Source: Bacteroidota bacterium
Lineage (GTDB): Bacteria; Bacteroidota; Bacteroidia; Bacteroidales; JAHJDW01
Length of the DNA stretch: 64,000 bases
Direction of reading: 5' to 3'
Assembly: GCA_043800975.1 (NCBI GenBank)
Contig: JAZDMK010000006.1
Location: 4,678 to 68,677 of the forward strand
The notes below the pieces were generated by a model. That model was not told the origin of the DNA, did no database searches, and saw only the letters and a program-made list of their open reading frames with translations. Both the position numbers and the translations under genes were made by a program. Shown one piece after another: positions 8,322 to 18,252 of the stretch (position 1 is the stretch's first letter; each line of letters opens with the position of its first letter).

Positions 8322-11300
8322 ATGAAACAATACAAACTATTAAACAATCTTACCGGATGGGCTGTATTTGCCATTTCCAGTATTGTGTACATCTTAACCT
8401 GTGAGCCTACAGCCAGCTTCTGGGATTGCGGTGAGTATATCTCCTGTGCATATAAACTCGAAGTAGGGCATCCGCCTGGTGCGCCTACCTTTCTCCTGCT
8501 TGGTAGATTCTTTACACTTTTTGCAGGTGACGTTTCCAATGTTGCATTCTCTATTAATGTGATGTCGGCCTTAGCCAGTGGATTTACAATTTTGTTTTTA
8601 TTCTGGACCATTACTGCTCTTGCCAGAAAATTATTTCTTTCAGGAAAAGAATACCCGCTTTCTTCAATTCTTAGTGTGCTAGGCGCTGGTATTGTTGGAG
8701 CTTTGGCGTATACATTCACGGATTCTTTTTGGTTTTCAGCTGTGGAGGGTGAAGTGTATGCAACTTCGGCATTCTTTACTGCTATTGTATTCTGGGCGAT
8801 ACTGAAATGGGAAACCGAATCAGATGATCCGCACTCTGTTCGCTGGTTATTCCTTATTGCTTTGCTGGTAGGCCTTTCCGTTGGTGTTCACTTATTGAAT
8901 CTGCTTACAATTCCGGCCATGGCTTTCATTGTTTATTTTAAAAAATACAAGTTTTCAATAAAAGGCCTGCTGATAACAGGTGGAACATCTTTGTTTATCC
9001 TATGGTTGATTATGAGTGTGATCATTCCACAGGTTGTTAATCTTTTTGCAAAATCAGAATTGATGTTTGTTAACGGAATGGGCCTGGGGTTTAATTCCGG
9101 GTCTATCATTTTTGCCATCGTTCTGATAGGCGCTATAATATTAACATTGCGCTATTCCATCCGGAAGAAGAAAATGATGCTGAATACAATTATGCTTTGT
9201 TTTACTTTTTTATTGTTAGGATACTCCACTTTTCTGGTTGTAATTATTCGCTCTGATGCTGGTACACCCATCAATGAAAACAAACCCAATAATCCGATCA
9301 GTTTACTTTCTTATTTGAATCGTGAGCAATACGGCGACTGGCCTATATCATACGGGCAGTATTATTGTGCCCCGGTCGATCCAAAGAAACCCTATCTGGA
9401 TGGAAATCCTATTTACGAACGTGATTACAAAACGGGAAAATATGTGATCACCGATTCAAAGAAAAGATCAATTCCAAATTTTGATTCACGTTTTTGTACT
9501 TTCTTTCCACGTATGTGGGATTCCAAACCAGAGCACATTAAAGAGTATAAAAAGTGGGGAAAGATAATTGGAGAAACAGTGGCAGGTAGCAGCATTGTAA
9601 AGCCAACTTTTACAGAAAACATGCGTTATTTTTTCCGCTATCAGCTAGGATGGATGTATTGGCGGTATTTTGCCTGGAATTTTATTGGAAGGCAAAACGA
9701 TCTTCAGGGTCATGGAAATAATATGGAAGGAAACTGGGCCAGTGGAATTGCTGCTTTTGATGAAGGAAGGCTTGGCCCCGAAAACTCAGTGCCACCAGCC
9801 TATGCAAATAACCCCGCTACCAATCATTATTATTTTCTTCCTTTTATTTTAGGATTGATTGGAATGATTTTCCATTTTAGAAAAAGATGGAAAGATGGTT
9901 TGGTTGTAGCCTTGCTGTTTCTGCTTACGGGTATTGCCATTGTGATTTATTTGAATCAGTACCCGCTTCAGCCACGCGAGCGTGATTACGCATTCGCAGG
10001 ATCCTTTTACGCCTATGCCATTTGGATTGGATTGGGTGTACTTGCTATTATTAATCTCCTGAAAAAATATCTGGCTGAAAAATGGGCAGCCATTTCTGTT
10101 ACTATTGCATGCTTTATTCTTGTTCCGGGAATACTTGCTTCCCAAAATTGGAATGACCATGATCGTTCAGGACGTTATACTTCTCGCGACTTTGCTTCCA
10201 ACTACCTTAACTCCTGTGCGCCAAATGCCATACTTTTTACGAATGGTGATAATGATACATTCCCGCTTTGGTATGCTCAGGAAGTGGAAGGAATCCGTAC
10301 GGATGTGCGTGTAATCAACCTTAGTTTGCTTAATACTGACTGGTACATTGATCAGATGAAAATGAAACAATACCTTTCAGAACCCTTGCCCATCAAGATG
10401 CAGCACGAGCAATACAGAATGGGAACGCGCGATTATCTGCCTATTATGAAAGATACCGGGGCTGTTTTTTCGGATTTAAAAACAATGATGAATTTTGCAT
10501 TGAACGATGAAAACCGAAGAAATACAAATAATGGTCTGATTAATTATTTCCCTACAACAAAATTCAGTATCCCTGTGGATTCAGCGACTGTAGTGAACAA
10601 CGGTACTGTAAAAGCAAACCAGAGAAACCGAATTGTAAAAAGATTGGAATGGGATTACAATCAAAGTTATGTTCAGAAAAACGCATTGTGCCTGCTCGAT
10701 ATTCTCGCTAATAATAATTGGAAGCGTCCGATTTATTTTTCTATGACAACCGGTGCAGATAGTTATTATGGTTTGGAAAATTACTTCCAGCTGGAAGGTC
10801 TGGCGTATCGTCTTGTGCCAATTACAAAAGTGAACGCAGGAGACGGACAGATAGGAATGATCGATGGTGAAATTCTTTATGAGAATATCATGAAGAAATT
10901 TAAATGGGGCAACATCGAAAAACCCGGCGTGTATATGGATGAAACCAACGCTAACATGGCTATGAATTTCCGCTCATTGTTCGCAAGGCTTGCAGGAGCA
11001 TTGACCCGTGAAGGAAAAACCAAAAAATCACTGGAAGTGTTGGAATTTTGTGAAAAAATTATTCCTGATTCAAAATTTCCTCACAGCTATTTCTCCTTGT
11101 CTCTCTGTAATGCCTACTATCAGGCAGGCGCAGTAAGCAAAGGAAGTGAACTCGCAAAAAAGATTTATACAATTTGTCAGTTAGAGCTGGAATATTTCTT
11201 TGCATTAAAACCATCGTTGCGCGTTATTGCTGATACGGAGATACAAAGAGCGTTGTATGTTACAAAAACGCTCATGGAGATTGCAACCTATGCGAAGCAG

Positions 11301-11369
11301 GAAAAAATTAAAAGTGATACGGAACAACTGTTGAAGAAATATTACGGGCAGTATACACCCGGTGGCTGA
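8322..11369 (+). CDS. DUF2723-type (TMEM260-like, GT-C fold) membrane glycosyltransferase, paralogue 2
   Basis: N-terminus MKQYKLLNNLTGWAVFAISS aligns with paralogue 1 (44/62 identical in the first conserved block); ORF-track start 8253 overlaps the terminator and was trimmed to ATG 8322. Confidence 0.85.
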   Translation: MKQYKLLNNLTGWAVFAISSIVYILTCEPTASFWDCGEYISCAYKLEVGHPPGAPTFLLLGRFFTLFAGDVSNVAFSINVMSALASGFTILFLFWTITALARKLFLSGKEYPLSSILSVLGAGIVGALAYTFTDSFWFSAVEGEVYATSAFFTAIVFWAILKWETESDDPHSVRWLFLIALLVGLSVGVHLLNLLTIPAMAFIVYFKKYKFSIKGLLITGGTSLFILWLIMSVIIPQVVNLFAKSELMFVNGMGLGFNSGSIIFAIVLIGAIILTLRYSIRKKKMMLNTIMLCFTFLLLGYSTFLVVIIRSDAGTPINENKPNNPISLLSYLNREQYGDWPISYGQYYCAPVDPKKPYLDGNPIYERDYKTGKYVITDSKKRSIPNFDSRFCTFFPRMWDSKPEHIKEYKKWGKIIGETVAGSSIVKPTFTENMRYFFRYQLGWMYWRYFAWNFIGRQNDLQGHGNNMEGNWASGIAAFDEGRLGPENSVPPAYANNPATNHYYFLPFILGLIGMIFHFRKRWKDGLVVALLFLLTGIAIVIYLNQYPLQPRERDYAFAGSFYAYAIWIGLGVLAIINLLKKYLAEKWAAISVTIACFILVPGILASQNWNDHDRSGRYTSRDFASNYLNSCAPNAILFTNGDNDTFPLWYAQEVEGIRTDVRVINLSLLNTDWYIDQMKMKQYLSEPLPIKMQHEQYRMGTRDYLPIMKDTGAVFSDLKTMMNFALNDENRRNTNNGLINYFPTTKFSIPVDSATVVNNGTVKANQRNRIVKRLEWDYNQSYVQKNALCLLDILANNNWKRPIYFSMTTGADSYYGLENYFQLEGLAYRLVPITKVNAGDGQIGMIDGEILYENIMKKFKWGNIEKPGVYMDETNANMAMNFRSLFARLAGALTREGKTKKSLEVLEFCEKIIPDSKFPHSYFSLSLCNAYYQAGAVSKGSELAKKIYTICQLELEYFFALKPSLRVIADTEIQRALYVTKTLMEIATYAKQEKIKSDTEQLLKKYYGQYTPGG

Positions 11370-11384
11370 TTTTTAATTTACTAA

Positions 11385-12020
11385 ATGACATTAGTTAAAC
11401 CGCCTTGTTTTGTAAGGTTGCTGACGCAACGATACATTAAGTGGAGTATTCCAACGAATAAACCCATTCTGTATCTTACGTTTGACGATGGTCCCCATCC
11501 GGAGGTAACACCTGCAGTTCTCGAAATTCTGAATCAGTTTCAGGTGAAGTCAACTTTTTTCTGTATAGGTAAAAATGTCGAGGAAAACATTTCTGTTTTT
11601 GAAAATTTAAAGAAGCAAGGCCATGCTGTGGGAAATCATACCTATTCACATATGAATGGCTGGAATGTTTCAAGCGAGGAATATTGTAAAGATATCGAAC
11701 GTTGTTCCTCTGTTTTTCAATCTCGTTTGTTTCGTCCGCCCTATGGACGAATCAGAAGAAAACAAGCCATTCAGCTTTCAAAGCAATTTGAAATTATTGG
11801 CTGGTCAGTATTAAGCAGGGATTATGATCAGCGTGAATCAAAAGAAAGCTGTGCAAAAAATGTAACAAAGGCAATGAAGAGCGGCTCTGTTATTGTTTTT
11901 CATGATAGTATGAAAGCAAAAGAAAATGTATTGGGTGCATTGCCATTATTTCTGAAGGCTTCGATTGATAAAGGATATCGCTTTGAGACTCTGGAAAATG
12001 AAATTAATGGAAAGAAATAG
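11385..12020 (+). CDS. polysaccharide deacetylase (CE4 / NodB homology domain)
   Basis: LTFDDGPHPEVTP..STFFCIGKNV..GHAVGNHTYSH; only 15 nt after the preceding gene. Confidence 0.85.
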   Translation: MTLVKPPCFVRLLTQRYIKWSIPTNKPILYLTFDDGPHPEVTPAVLEILNQFQVKSTFFCIGKNVEENISVFENLKKQGHAVGNHTYSHMNGWNVSSEEYCKDIERCSSVFQSRLFRPPYGRIRRKQAIQLSKQFEIIGWSVLSRDYDQRESKESCAKNVTKAMKSGSVIVFHDSMKAKENVLGALPLFLKASIDKGYRFETLENEINGKK

Positions 12021-12023
12021 TAT

Positions 12024-12404
12024 TTAAAAATTCAAAATTTCTTCGTCTCGATAAAGCAGGAGAATCGCTGAGTTTGGAACGAGAAAGAATTTTTCGCGGT
12101 TGAATTCAATTTCGAAAGCATGTTTCTGAAGGTAGATAGCAAGGTCGCCTTCCTTAGCCTGGAGCGGGAAATACTTATTAGAATCTGAATTTTGTTTCCA
12201 CGACTCACTGTTTTCTTCTGATGAGGGAATCGGGTATCCCGGGCCAACTTTTACAACGTAACCTGATTGAATCACTTCTTTTTCAAGAACACCCGGTGGA
12301 AGGAGCAGTCCTGTTTGCGTACGCTCTGTCATGGTGGCTGGCTTGATCAATATCCTGTCACCGACAACGATTAGGTGGCTAAGCTTTTCAACTTTCAGAT
12401 TCAT
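12024..12404 (-). CDS. GroES-fold co-chaperonin family protein (orphan, with insertion)
   Basis: VVGDRILIKP..TQTGLLLPPG..SGYVVKVGPG..EGDLAIY resembles Cpn10; 126 aa, with an extra ~30-aa acidic/serine-rich insert; no groEL nearby. Confidence 0.6.
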   Translation of the reverse strand: MNLKVEKLSHLIVVGDRILIKPATMTERTQTGLLLPPGVLEKEVIQSGYVVKVGPGYPIPSSEENSESWKQNSDSNKYFPLQAKEGDLAIYLQKHAFEIEFNREKFFLVPNSAILLLYRDEEILNF

Positions 12405-12422
12405 AATGCATAAGTTATGGAT

Positions 12423-12450
12423 ATAAAAAAAAGCTCCGATTGGAGCTTTT
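12423..12450 (-). terminator. intrinsic terminator after tRNA-Gln(CTG)
   Basis: On the minus strand AAGCTCC-AATC-GGAGCTT is followed by TTTTTTTT. Confidence 0.7.
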
Positions 12451-12453
12451 TGT

Positions 12454-12525
12454 TGTCCCGCTAGGGGTCGAACCTAGACTCTTCTGATCCAGAGACAGAC
12501 GTGTTGCCAGTTACACCACAGGACA
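12454..12525 (-). tRNA. tRNA-Gln (anticodon CTG)
   Basis: Reverse complement TGTCCTGTGGTGTAACTGGCAACACGTCTGTCTCTGGATCAGAAGAGTCTAGGTTCGACCCCTAGCGGGACA; 72-nt cloverleaf, anticodon loop CTCTGGA, CTAGG-TTCGACC-CCTAG T-arm. Confidence 0.88.
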
Positions 12526-12561
12526 ATTAGACCGCAAAAGTAAAAAATATTTTTTAAATTC

Positions 12562-13557
12562 CTAAGAATTGTATGCCCATTTTAAATAAATCGCACCCCA
12601 GGTGAATCCTGCACCAAAGGCTGTGAGTATGATGTTGTCACCTTTTTTCAGTTTCTTCTCCCATTCCCAAAGGCAAAGCGGGAGTGTAGCTGAGGTTGTA
12701 TTTCCGTATTTTTCGATGTTGATCATTACTTTGCTTTTATCGAGTTTCATACGGTTGCCGGTTGCTTCAATAATACGCATGTTTGCCTGATGGGGAACCA
12801 GCCAGGCAAGGTTTTCGGAAGTAAGATCATTTCTTTTCATGATTTCTTCTGAAACATCAGCCATTTTTGAAACAGCCCATTTAAAAACAGCCTGTCCTTC
12901 CTGATAAATAAAATGTTCCTTTGCATCAACAGTTGCATGGGATGCAGGTTTCGCTGAGCCTCCTGCTTTCTGATGAAGATGAACTCTTCCAACGCCATCG
13001 GAATGAAGACTTGAATCCATTAAACCGACTTCTTCGGTTGTGGGTTCCAGCAGAACAGCTGCGGCACCGTCACCAAAGATAGGGCATGTGGCACGATCTG
13101 TATAATCAACAATAGAAGACATTTTTTCTGCGCCCACTACCACAACTTTTTTGTACTGTCCTGATTCAACATACTTAGAAGCAGTTGCCAGAGCGAAAAG
13201 AAATCCGGAACAACCCGCATTTAAATCAAAACTGAATGCATTGCGGATATTGCACTTATCACTGATAATATTAGCTGTAGCAGGAAATTGCATATCACCA
13301 GTTACAGTAGCACAGATCAAAAGATCAACTTCCTCGGGTTTAGTATTTGTTTTCTTTAAAAGGCCTTCAACAGCAGGTGCACCCACTTCAGATGAACCTT
13401 TGTTTTCGCCTTTAATAATTCGCCTCTCACGAATTCCGATGCGTGTCATGATCCACTCATCTGTTGTGTCAACCATCTTCGCCAGTTCCTCATTCGTGAG
13501 AACATATTCAGGAAGATATCCGTTGACGCCTGTTATCGCAGCTCTAATTTTTGTCAT
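12562..13557 (-). CDS. fabH: beta-ketoacyl-ACP synthase III
   Basis: 331 aa; NAGCSGF active-site Cys, [18 protein letters not shown]. Confidence 0.93.
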   Translation of the reverse strand: MTKIRAAITGVNGYLPEYVLTNEELAKMVDTTDEWIMTRIGIRERRIIKGENKGSSEVGAPAVEGLLKKTNTKPEEVDLLICATVTGDMQFPATANIISDKCNIRNAFSFDLNAGCSGFLFALATASKYVESGQYKKVVVVGAEKMSSIVDYTDRATCPIFGDGAAAVLLEPTTEEVGLMDSSLHSDGVGRVHLHQKAGGSAKPASHATVDAKEHFIYQEGQAVFKWAVSKMADVSEEIMKRNDLTSENLAWLVPHQANMRIIEATGNRMKLDKSKVMINIEKYGNTTSATLPLCLWEWEKKLKKGDNIILTAFGAGFTWGAIYLKWAYNS

Positions 13558-13568
13558 GTTCAGTGCGT

Positions 13569-14513
13569 TTAATTTTTTAAAGCGCCGGCGATTTTTTGTA
13601 CAAGTCCAGCGTTAAATATATGTTTAGAAAAAAGTAACATGCTTTTTATGGCTTTTCCATTCGAAATACCATGCCCCAGAAGTACAGTGTTGTCAATGCC
13701 CAGAATAGGTGTACCACCGTAATTTTCATAATTAAAACGGGAAAGGAATGGATCGTCAGCGCCAAAGCGCTTTGCAAAAGTACGGAACAATGTTTCAGAA
13801 AGTTTTAAAATGATATTCCCTGTAAACCCGTCGCATACCATTACGTCTGCTTTGTCTTTGAAAAAATCACGGGGTTCAACATTTCCAACAAAATTCATCT
13901 CTTTGTCTTCTGACATAAGTTTATGTGCAGCAAGAGAGAGAAGGTTTCCTTTGTCTTCTTCATGCCCAATATTGACAAGACCGATGCGGGGCGTTTTGAT
14001 ATTGTGAACGTGCTGGGCATATAATGATCCGATAATCCCAAATTGCTGAAGAAGTTCTGGCTTTACATCGGAATTGATGCCTGCATCCAGTAATATTCCA
14101 ATACCACCGTCTTCTTTGGGAATGGGATTGGTAATACATGGACGCATTATTCCTTCTATCAGACCAATCACATAAATAGCTCCTACCATCATAGCGCCCG
14201 AATGACCGGCACTGCAAAAGCTGTCAATTTTTTTTGCTTTCAGATATCCATATCCCAGTGCAATACTTGAATTGGGTTTCTGAACCAATACTTTTGAAGG
14301 CTGATCACCTGTCAGAATTTTTTCGGGAGCATGTACAATTTCAAAGCGCGATAGCGTAGCATTTCGTTCTTCCAGCTCTTTTTCAAGAATGGAACGATCA
14401 CCAAAAAGCACGATAATATCATCTGATGCAATTTCAGTGAGAGCTAGTAAAGCACCTTCAATCGTCGACTTGGGGGCAAAATCCCCGCCCATTGCGTCGA
14501 GTCCGATTCTCAT
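13569..14513 (-). CDS. plsX: phosphate acyltransferase
   Basis: [14 protein letters not shown].., GHSGAMM; classic position between rpmF and fabH. Confidence 0.92.
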   Translation of the reverse strand: MRIGLDAMGGDFAPKSTIEGALLALTEIASDDIIVLFGDRSILEKELEERNATLSRFEIVHAPEKILTGDQPSKVLVQKPNSSIALGYGYLKAKKIDSFCSAGHSGAMMVGAIYVIGLIEGIMRPCITNPIPKEDGGIGILLDAGINSDVKPELLQQFGIIGSLYAQHVHNIKTPRIGLVNIGHEEDKGNLLSLAAHKLMSEDKEMNFVGNVEPRDFFKDKADVMVCDGFTGNIILKLSETLFRTFAKRFGADDPFLSRFNYENYGGTPILGIDNTVLLGHGISNGKAIKSMLLFSKHIFNAGLVQKIAGALKN

Positions 14514-14531
14514 CTTCTGCGACTAACAGGG

Positions 14532-14717
14532 TTAAACAGCTACTTTCTTTTCGATAGCCTGCTTACCTCTATAGAAACCGCACTCTTTACATACACGATG
14601 GTAAAGGACGGGTGCCCCGCAGTTTTGACAACTTACAACAGTTGGAGCTACTGCTTTATAATGGGTCCTTCTTTTGTCTCTTCTCTGGACGGAGTGCCTG
14701 CGTTTTGGATTTGGCAT
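14532..14717 (-). CDS. rpmF: 50S ribosomal protein L32
   Basis: MPNPKRRHSVQRRDKRRTHYK, CxxC..CxxC zinc ribbon. Confidence 0.93.
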   Translation of the reverse strand: MPNPKRRHSVQRRDKRRTHYKAVAPTVVSCQNCGAPVLYHRVCKECGFYRGKQAIEKKVAV

Positions 14718-14743
14718 AACAATTCAATTTTATAAATGATACA

Positions 14744-15262
14744 TTAAAACTTTAAATTCTTCAATTTATTCCACCTTGGATCGTCCGCTTCGTACTGTTC
14801 TTCCGGAGGAGCAAGCTTGTCAAGAACATCATTGCTGCAACCGGGAATGTCTTCAGATTTACCTGGATGAACACGGCGATAAGGAATCAATAAGGAAATG
14901 AACTCATAAATATATTGCCGCAGATCAATTTCTGAATCTGATTCGGGAATAGTGATTTCTTCGTCACTGTCTTCCCGTCGGGTATCACCCAGCTTAACTA
15001 TCAGGTGAGGGCTTCCTTCCACATCAAGATCAAAATACTCCGCACAATGGTCACATAGAATATGTACAGTTCCTTTGATATGAAAATTCAGTAAAAGCGC
15101 ATGAGTTCCCCTTTCGAGAACTACGTCCACTTCTAATTTCCCTTTTCGGATTTCAGAATAATCCAACTGCGAAAAGAACGAATCACTGATAGGAAAACCG
15201 AATGTGTAATTTCCGTTGTCCAGTCCACTGAACTCAATCACATATCCGGCATCCTGCTTCAT
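14744..15262 (-). CDS. DUF177 / YceD-family protein
   Basis: 172 aa, acidic, C..CxxC pattern; conserved position upstream of rpmF. Confidence 0.8.
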   Translation of the reverse strand: MKQDAGYVIEFSGLDNGNYTFGFPISDSFFSQLDYSEIRKGKLEVDVVLERGTHALLLNFHIKGTVHILCDHCAEYFDLDVEGSPHLIVKLGDTRREDSDEEITIPESDSEIDLRQYIYEFISLLIPYRRVHPGKSEDIPGCSNDVLDKLAPPEEQYEADDPRWNKLKNLKF

Positions 15263-15410
15263 AAGCGCTTGGTTTAAAAAGCCTGCAAAGGTAAAAAAAT
15301 TTTTTACAAAACCAAATATTTAAAACCGAACAAGATTATTAAGCAAAAACAATACTGGAAAGCGTTTGCAGATCGCGGTCTTGTTTTAGGATAAGAATTC
15401 AATTTGAACC

Positions 15411-16307
15411 TTATCCTCTGGAAAACATGGCTTTAAAAATCTGACCAGCTACTTTTGGGTTTTCCTTCATCCGGCGAGTAGAATACCCATACCAGTCTTT
15501 ACCAAAAGGCACATAAATCCGTAAGCGGTGGCCTTCTTTGGTTAATTCGCGCCGCTTAGAATCCCTGACTCCCAAAAGCATTTGGAATTCATATTCTTCT
15601 TTTTTCAAACCAAATTTCTGTATTTGCTCCCGGGCGTCATCAATCAATGGATCATCATGTGTTGCAATACCTACATAATAACCATTGTCAAGAGCAAGCG
15701 TCAGTAGTTTTTTGAAATTGCTCCTTACTTCTTCTTTTCCCTGAAAAGCAAGTGTGGGAGACTCACGGTATATTCCTTTGCAAAGGCGAATTGACGGTTT
15801 TAACGGTGCCAGTGCTTTGATGTCTTCCTCGGTTCTGAATAAGTACGATTGAACCACAAAACCCACATTTGTGAAACCTTCAGCGCGGAACCGCCGGTAA
15901 AGATCAAGTGTAAGTGTTGTGAAAGGAGTATTTTCCATGTCCAGTCGAACAAAAATTCCGTAATCAGCAGCTTTTTTCAAAATCTCAAGAATGTTGTTGT
16001 AGCCAAATTCAGGATCAATACCTAATCCCAGAGATGTTGGCTTAACGGAGAGATATGTTTGCAACTTATGTTCTTTAATTGCATCTACAACCTGAGAACT
16101 CATTTCCTTTTCGTGTATAGCCCGGTCTCGTTTCTCCACAAACTCACCCAGCACATCAATGGTTGTCATATTTCCTTCACCTTCTAGTTTCTTCGTCACA
16201 TTGACTGCGTCGATCAGGTCAGCACCGGCAATGTACTTCATAGCCACTTTGCGCACAATAAATTTTGGCACAATGGGCATCATTTTAACAATCATTTTAC
16301 TAATCAT
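15411..16307 (-). CDS. proline dehydrogenase family protein
   Basis: VKPTSLGL, VRLDMENT, VQSYLFRTEED, IRLCKGIY, IATHDD, FQMLLGVR, YVPFG..YSTRRMKENP. Confidence 0.85.
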   Translation of the reverse strand: MISKMIVKMMPIVPKFIVRKVAMKYIAGADLIDAVNVTKKLEGEGNMTTIDVLGEFVEKRDRAIHEKEMSSQVVDAIKEHKLQTYLSVKPTSLGLGIDPEFGYNNILEILKKAADYGIFVRLDMENTPFTTLTLDLYRRFRAEGFTNVGFVVQSYLFRTEEDIKALAPLKPSIRLCKGIYRESPTLAFQGKEEVRSNFKKLLTLALDNGYYVGIATHDDPLIDDAREQIQKFGLKKEEYEFQMLLGVRDSKRRELTKEGHRLRIYVPFGKDWYGYSTRRMKENPKVAGQIFKAMFSRG

Positions 16308-16501
16308 AAAGCAGCGATTTTGGACAAAAGTATAAAATTATTTTTCCTGCAAACGATTTTCAATTCAATAAATGACAAGAATTTTAACAGATGGGTAAAC
16401 AGCCTCATTTGTCGCACTTTGTTTTTTGAGAAATTTAAGTAAATGAGAAGAGAAAAACTCACAAAAAAAACGGAATGTTTTAAGAAAATTCTTAAAAAAG
16501 G

Positions 16502-17146
16502 CTATTTCTTATTTCTGGTCAACAAACCATTAAAAAGAACATTCAATGTTAAATTAATATTCTTGTCCAGTTCTTTCACGAAACGTTCCGTTTGAATTGG
16601 ATTTTCGAATGCCTTCATCATTAATACAAGTATATATGCAGCAAGGTCTGCATCAGCAATACTAAATACTTTCTTTTTAATTCCTTCAGCAAAAATTTCT
16701 TTGATAATCTGCATTTCCATTTCATCGTATTGCTTACGGATTCTTTCAATAAACGCATAATTTTCAATGTACTCATATTGATAAGTAGTATAAAAATTAG
16801 TCATGTTATAAAACATCCTCATGCGAATCTGAACATAAGCACGCAGCTTGTCTTCTGGTGCTTTTTGAGCAGCCATTCCTTTGTATAAAGCCACTTTGAT
16901 CTGATCAACTTCGTCTTCAATTACAGCTTCAAAAATTTCTTCTTTGCATTTAAAGTAATAATACAATGAGCTTTTTGCACGGTTCACAGCCCGCGAAATA
17001 TCGTCCATTGTCGATTTTTTCAAACCATAACGGGTAAATACAACCCGGGCCTTTTCAATTATTACTTTCCTGAAATCTTTGTTCTTGTCGATTTTCTTAC
17101 TTTTGTAATCTGAAATGATCGCCGCTTTTTTATTTTGTGTACTCAT
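16502..17146 (-). CDS. TetR/AcrR family transcriptional regulator
   Basis: N-terminal HTH: FTRYGLKKSTMDDISRAVNRAKSSLYYYF. Confidence 0.85.
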   Translation of the reverse strand: MSTQNKKAAIISDYKSKKIDKNKDFRKVIIEKARVVFTRYGLKKSTMDDISRAVNRAKSSLYYYFKCKEEIFEAVIEDEVDQIKVALYKGMAAQKAPEDKLRAYVQIRMRMFYNMTNFYTTYQYEYIENYAFIERIRKQYDEMEMQIIKEIFAEGIKKKVFSIADADLAAYILVLMMKAFENPIQTERFVKELDKNINLTLNVLFNGLLTRNKK

Positions 17147-17247
17147 CGATTAATTTCTTTTTATCCAATTCGATAGTAAAAATATGAATTTTAATGCAAA
17201 TATAGTCGGTAATTTGAAAAATACACGTTTGATTAAAAAAATGATAT

Positions 17248-18252
17248 ATGCCTGCTAACTTTCGATACATAAAAATTTTATTATTGAAAGTTACTTTGCG
17301 AAAAATATTTCATGCATTCGCGAATTTCAGTTCCTATGTTTTATCAAATTTTTTTAAGGTAGCAGTTGTGTGGGGAATGCCCTGCATAGTGACAATAGAG
17401 CCAACCAATCGTTGCAATCTGAATTGCCCCGAATGTCCTTCAGGAAATAAATCGATGACAAGAAAGCGGGGTGATATTGACAAACATTTTTTTTATTCAC
17501 TGATTGATCAGATCAAAAAATCAACATCTGCATTAACGCTTTATTTTCAGGGAGAATCGTATCTTCATCCGGATATTTTTGAAATAGCAACATATGCTTC
17601 TTCATGCAAAATAATTGTGAATGTGTCCACTAATGGACATTTTCTGGAAATTGAAAATGCCAAAAAAACGGTGGATTCAAAAATGGATCACGTGATTATT
17701 TCGCTGGATGGATTTTCACAAAAGGATTATCAGAAATACAGAATTGGCGGGGATATGCAAAAAGTGCTCAATGGTATTAAAAACCTTCGTCTGGCACGCA
17801 CAGAAAAAAAATCACTACGTCCATTTATTACAGCTCAGGTTCTGGTATTAAAATCAAATGAGAAACACCTGAGCGAAATTAAAAGAATAGCAATTGAGCA
17901 TGGCGCCGACCGTGTTGTTTTCAAAAGCGCACAATTTTATGACCTTCAAAACGCATCAGATCTGTTACCCGAAAATCCGTACTGGACGAGATACAGAAAG
18001 GACGAAAATGGAAATTTTAAAATTAAAAATAAAATCAGAAATCGCTGCAAGCGATTGTGGACAAACCCTGTGGTAACATGGGATGGAATGATGATTCCTT
18101 GCTGCTTTGATAAAGATGCAACATTCCCTTTAGCTGACCTTACTAAAATTAAAAGTAAGGATGCATGGAAAAGCCCGTCATTCAACTTATTCAGGAAGCA
18201 AGTTCTTCATTCCAGAAAAAAAGTGCAAATTTGTTGTAATTGTACAGAATGA
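17248..18252 (+). CDS. radical SAM / SPASM-domain protein
   Basis: CNLNCPEC (CX3CX2C) cluster; Cys-rich C-terminus CKRLW..PCCFDKD..CCNC. Confidence 0.8.
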   Translation: MPANFRYIKILLLKVTLRKIFHAFANFSSYVLSNFFKVAVVWGMPCIVTIEPTNRCNLNCPECPSGNKSMTRKRGDIDKHFFYSLIDQIKKSTSALTLYFQGESYLHPDIFEIATYASSCKIIVNVSTNGHFLEIENAKKTVDSKMDHVIISLDGFSQKDYQKYRIGGDMQKVLNGIKNLRLARTEKKSLRPFITAQVLVLKSNEKHLSEIKRIAIEHGADRVVFKSAQFYDLQNASDLLPENPYWTRYRKDENGNFKIKNKIRNRCKRLWTNPVVTWDGMMIPCCFDKDATFPLADLTKIKSKDAWKSPSFNLFRKQVLHSRKKVQICCNCTE

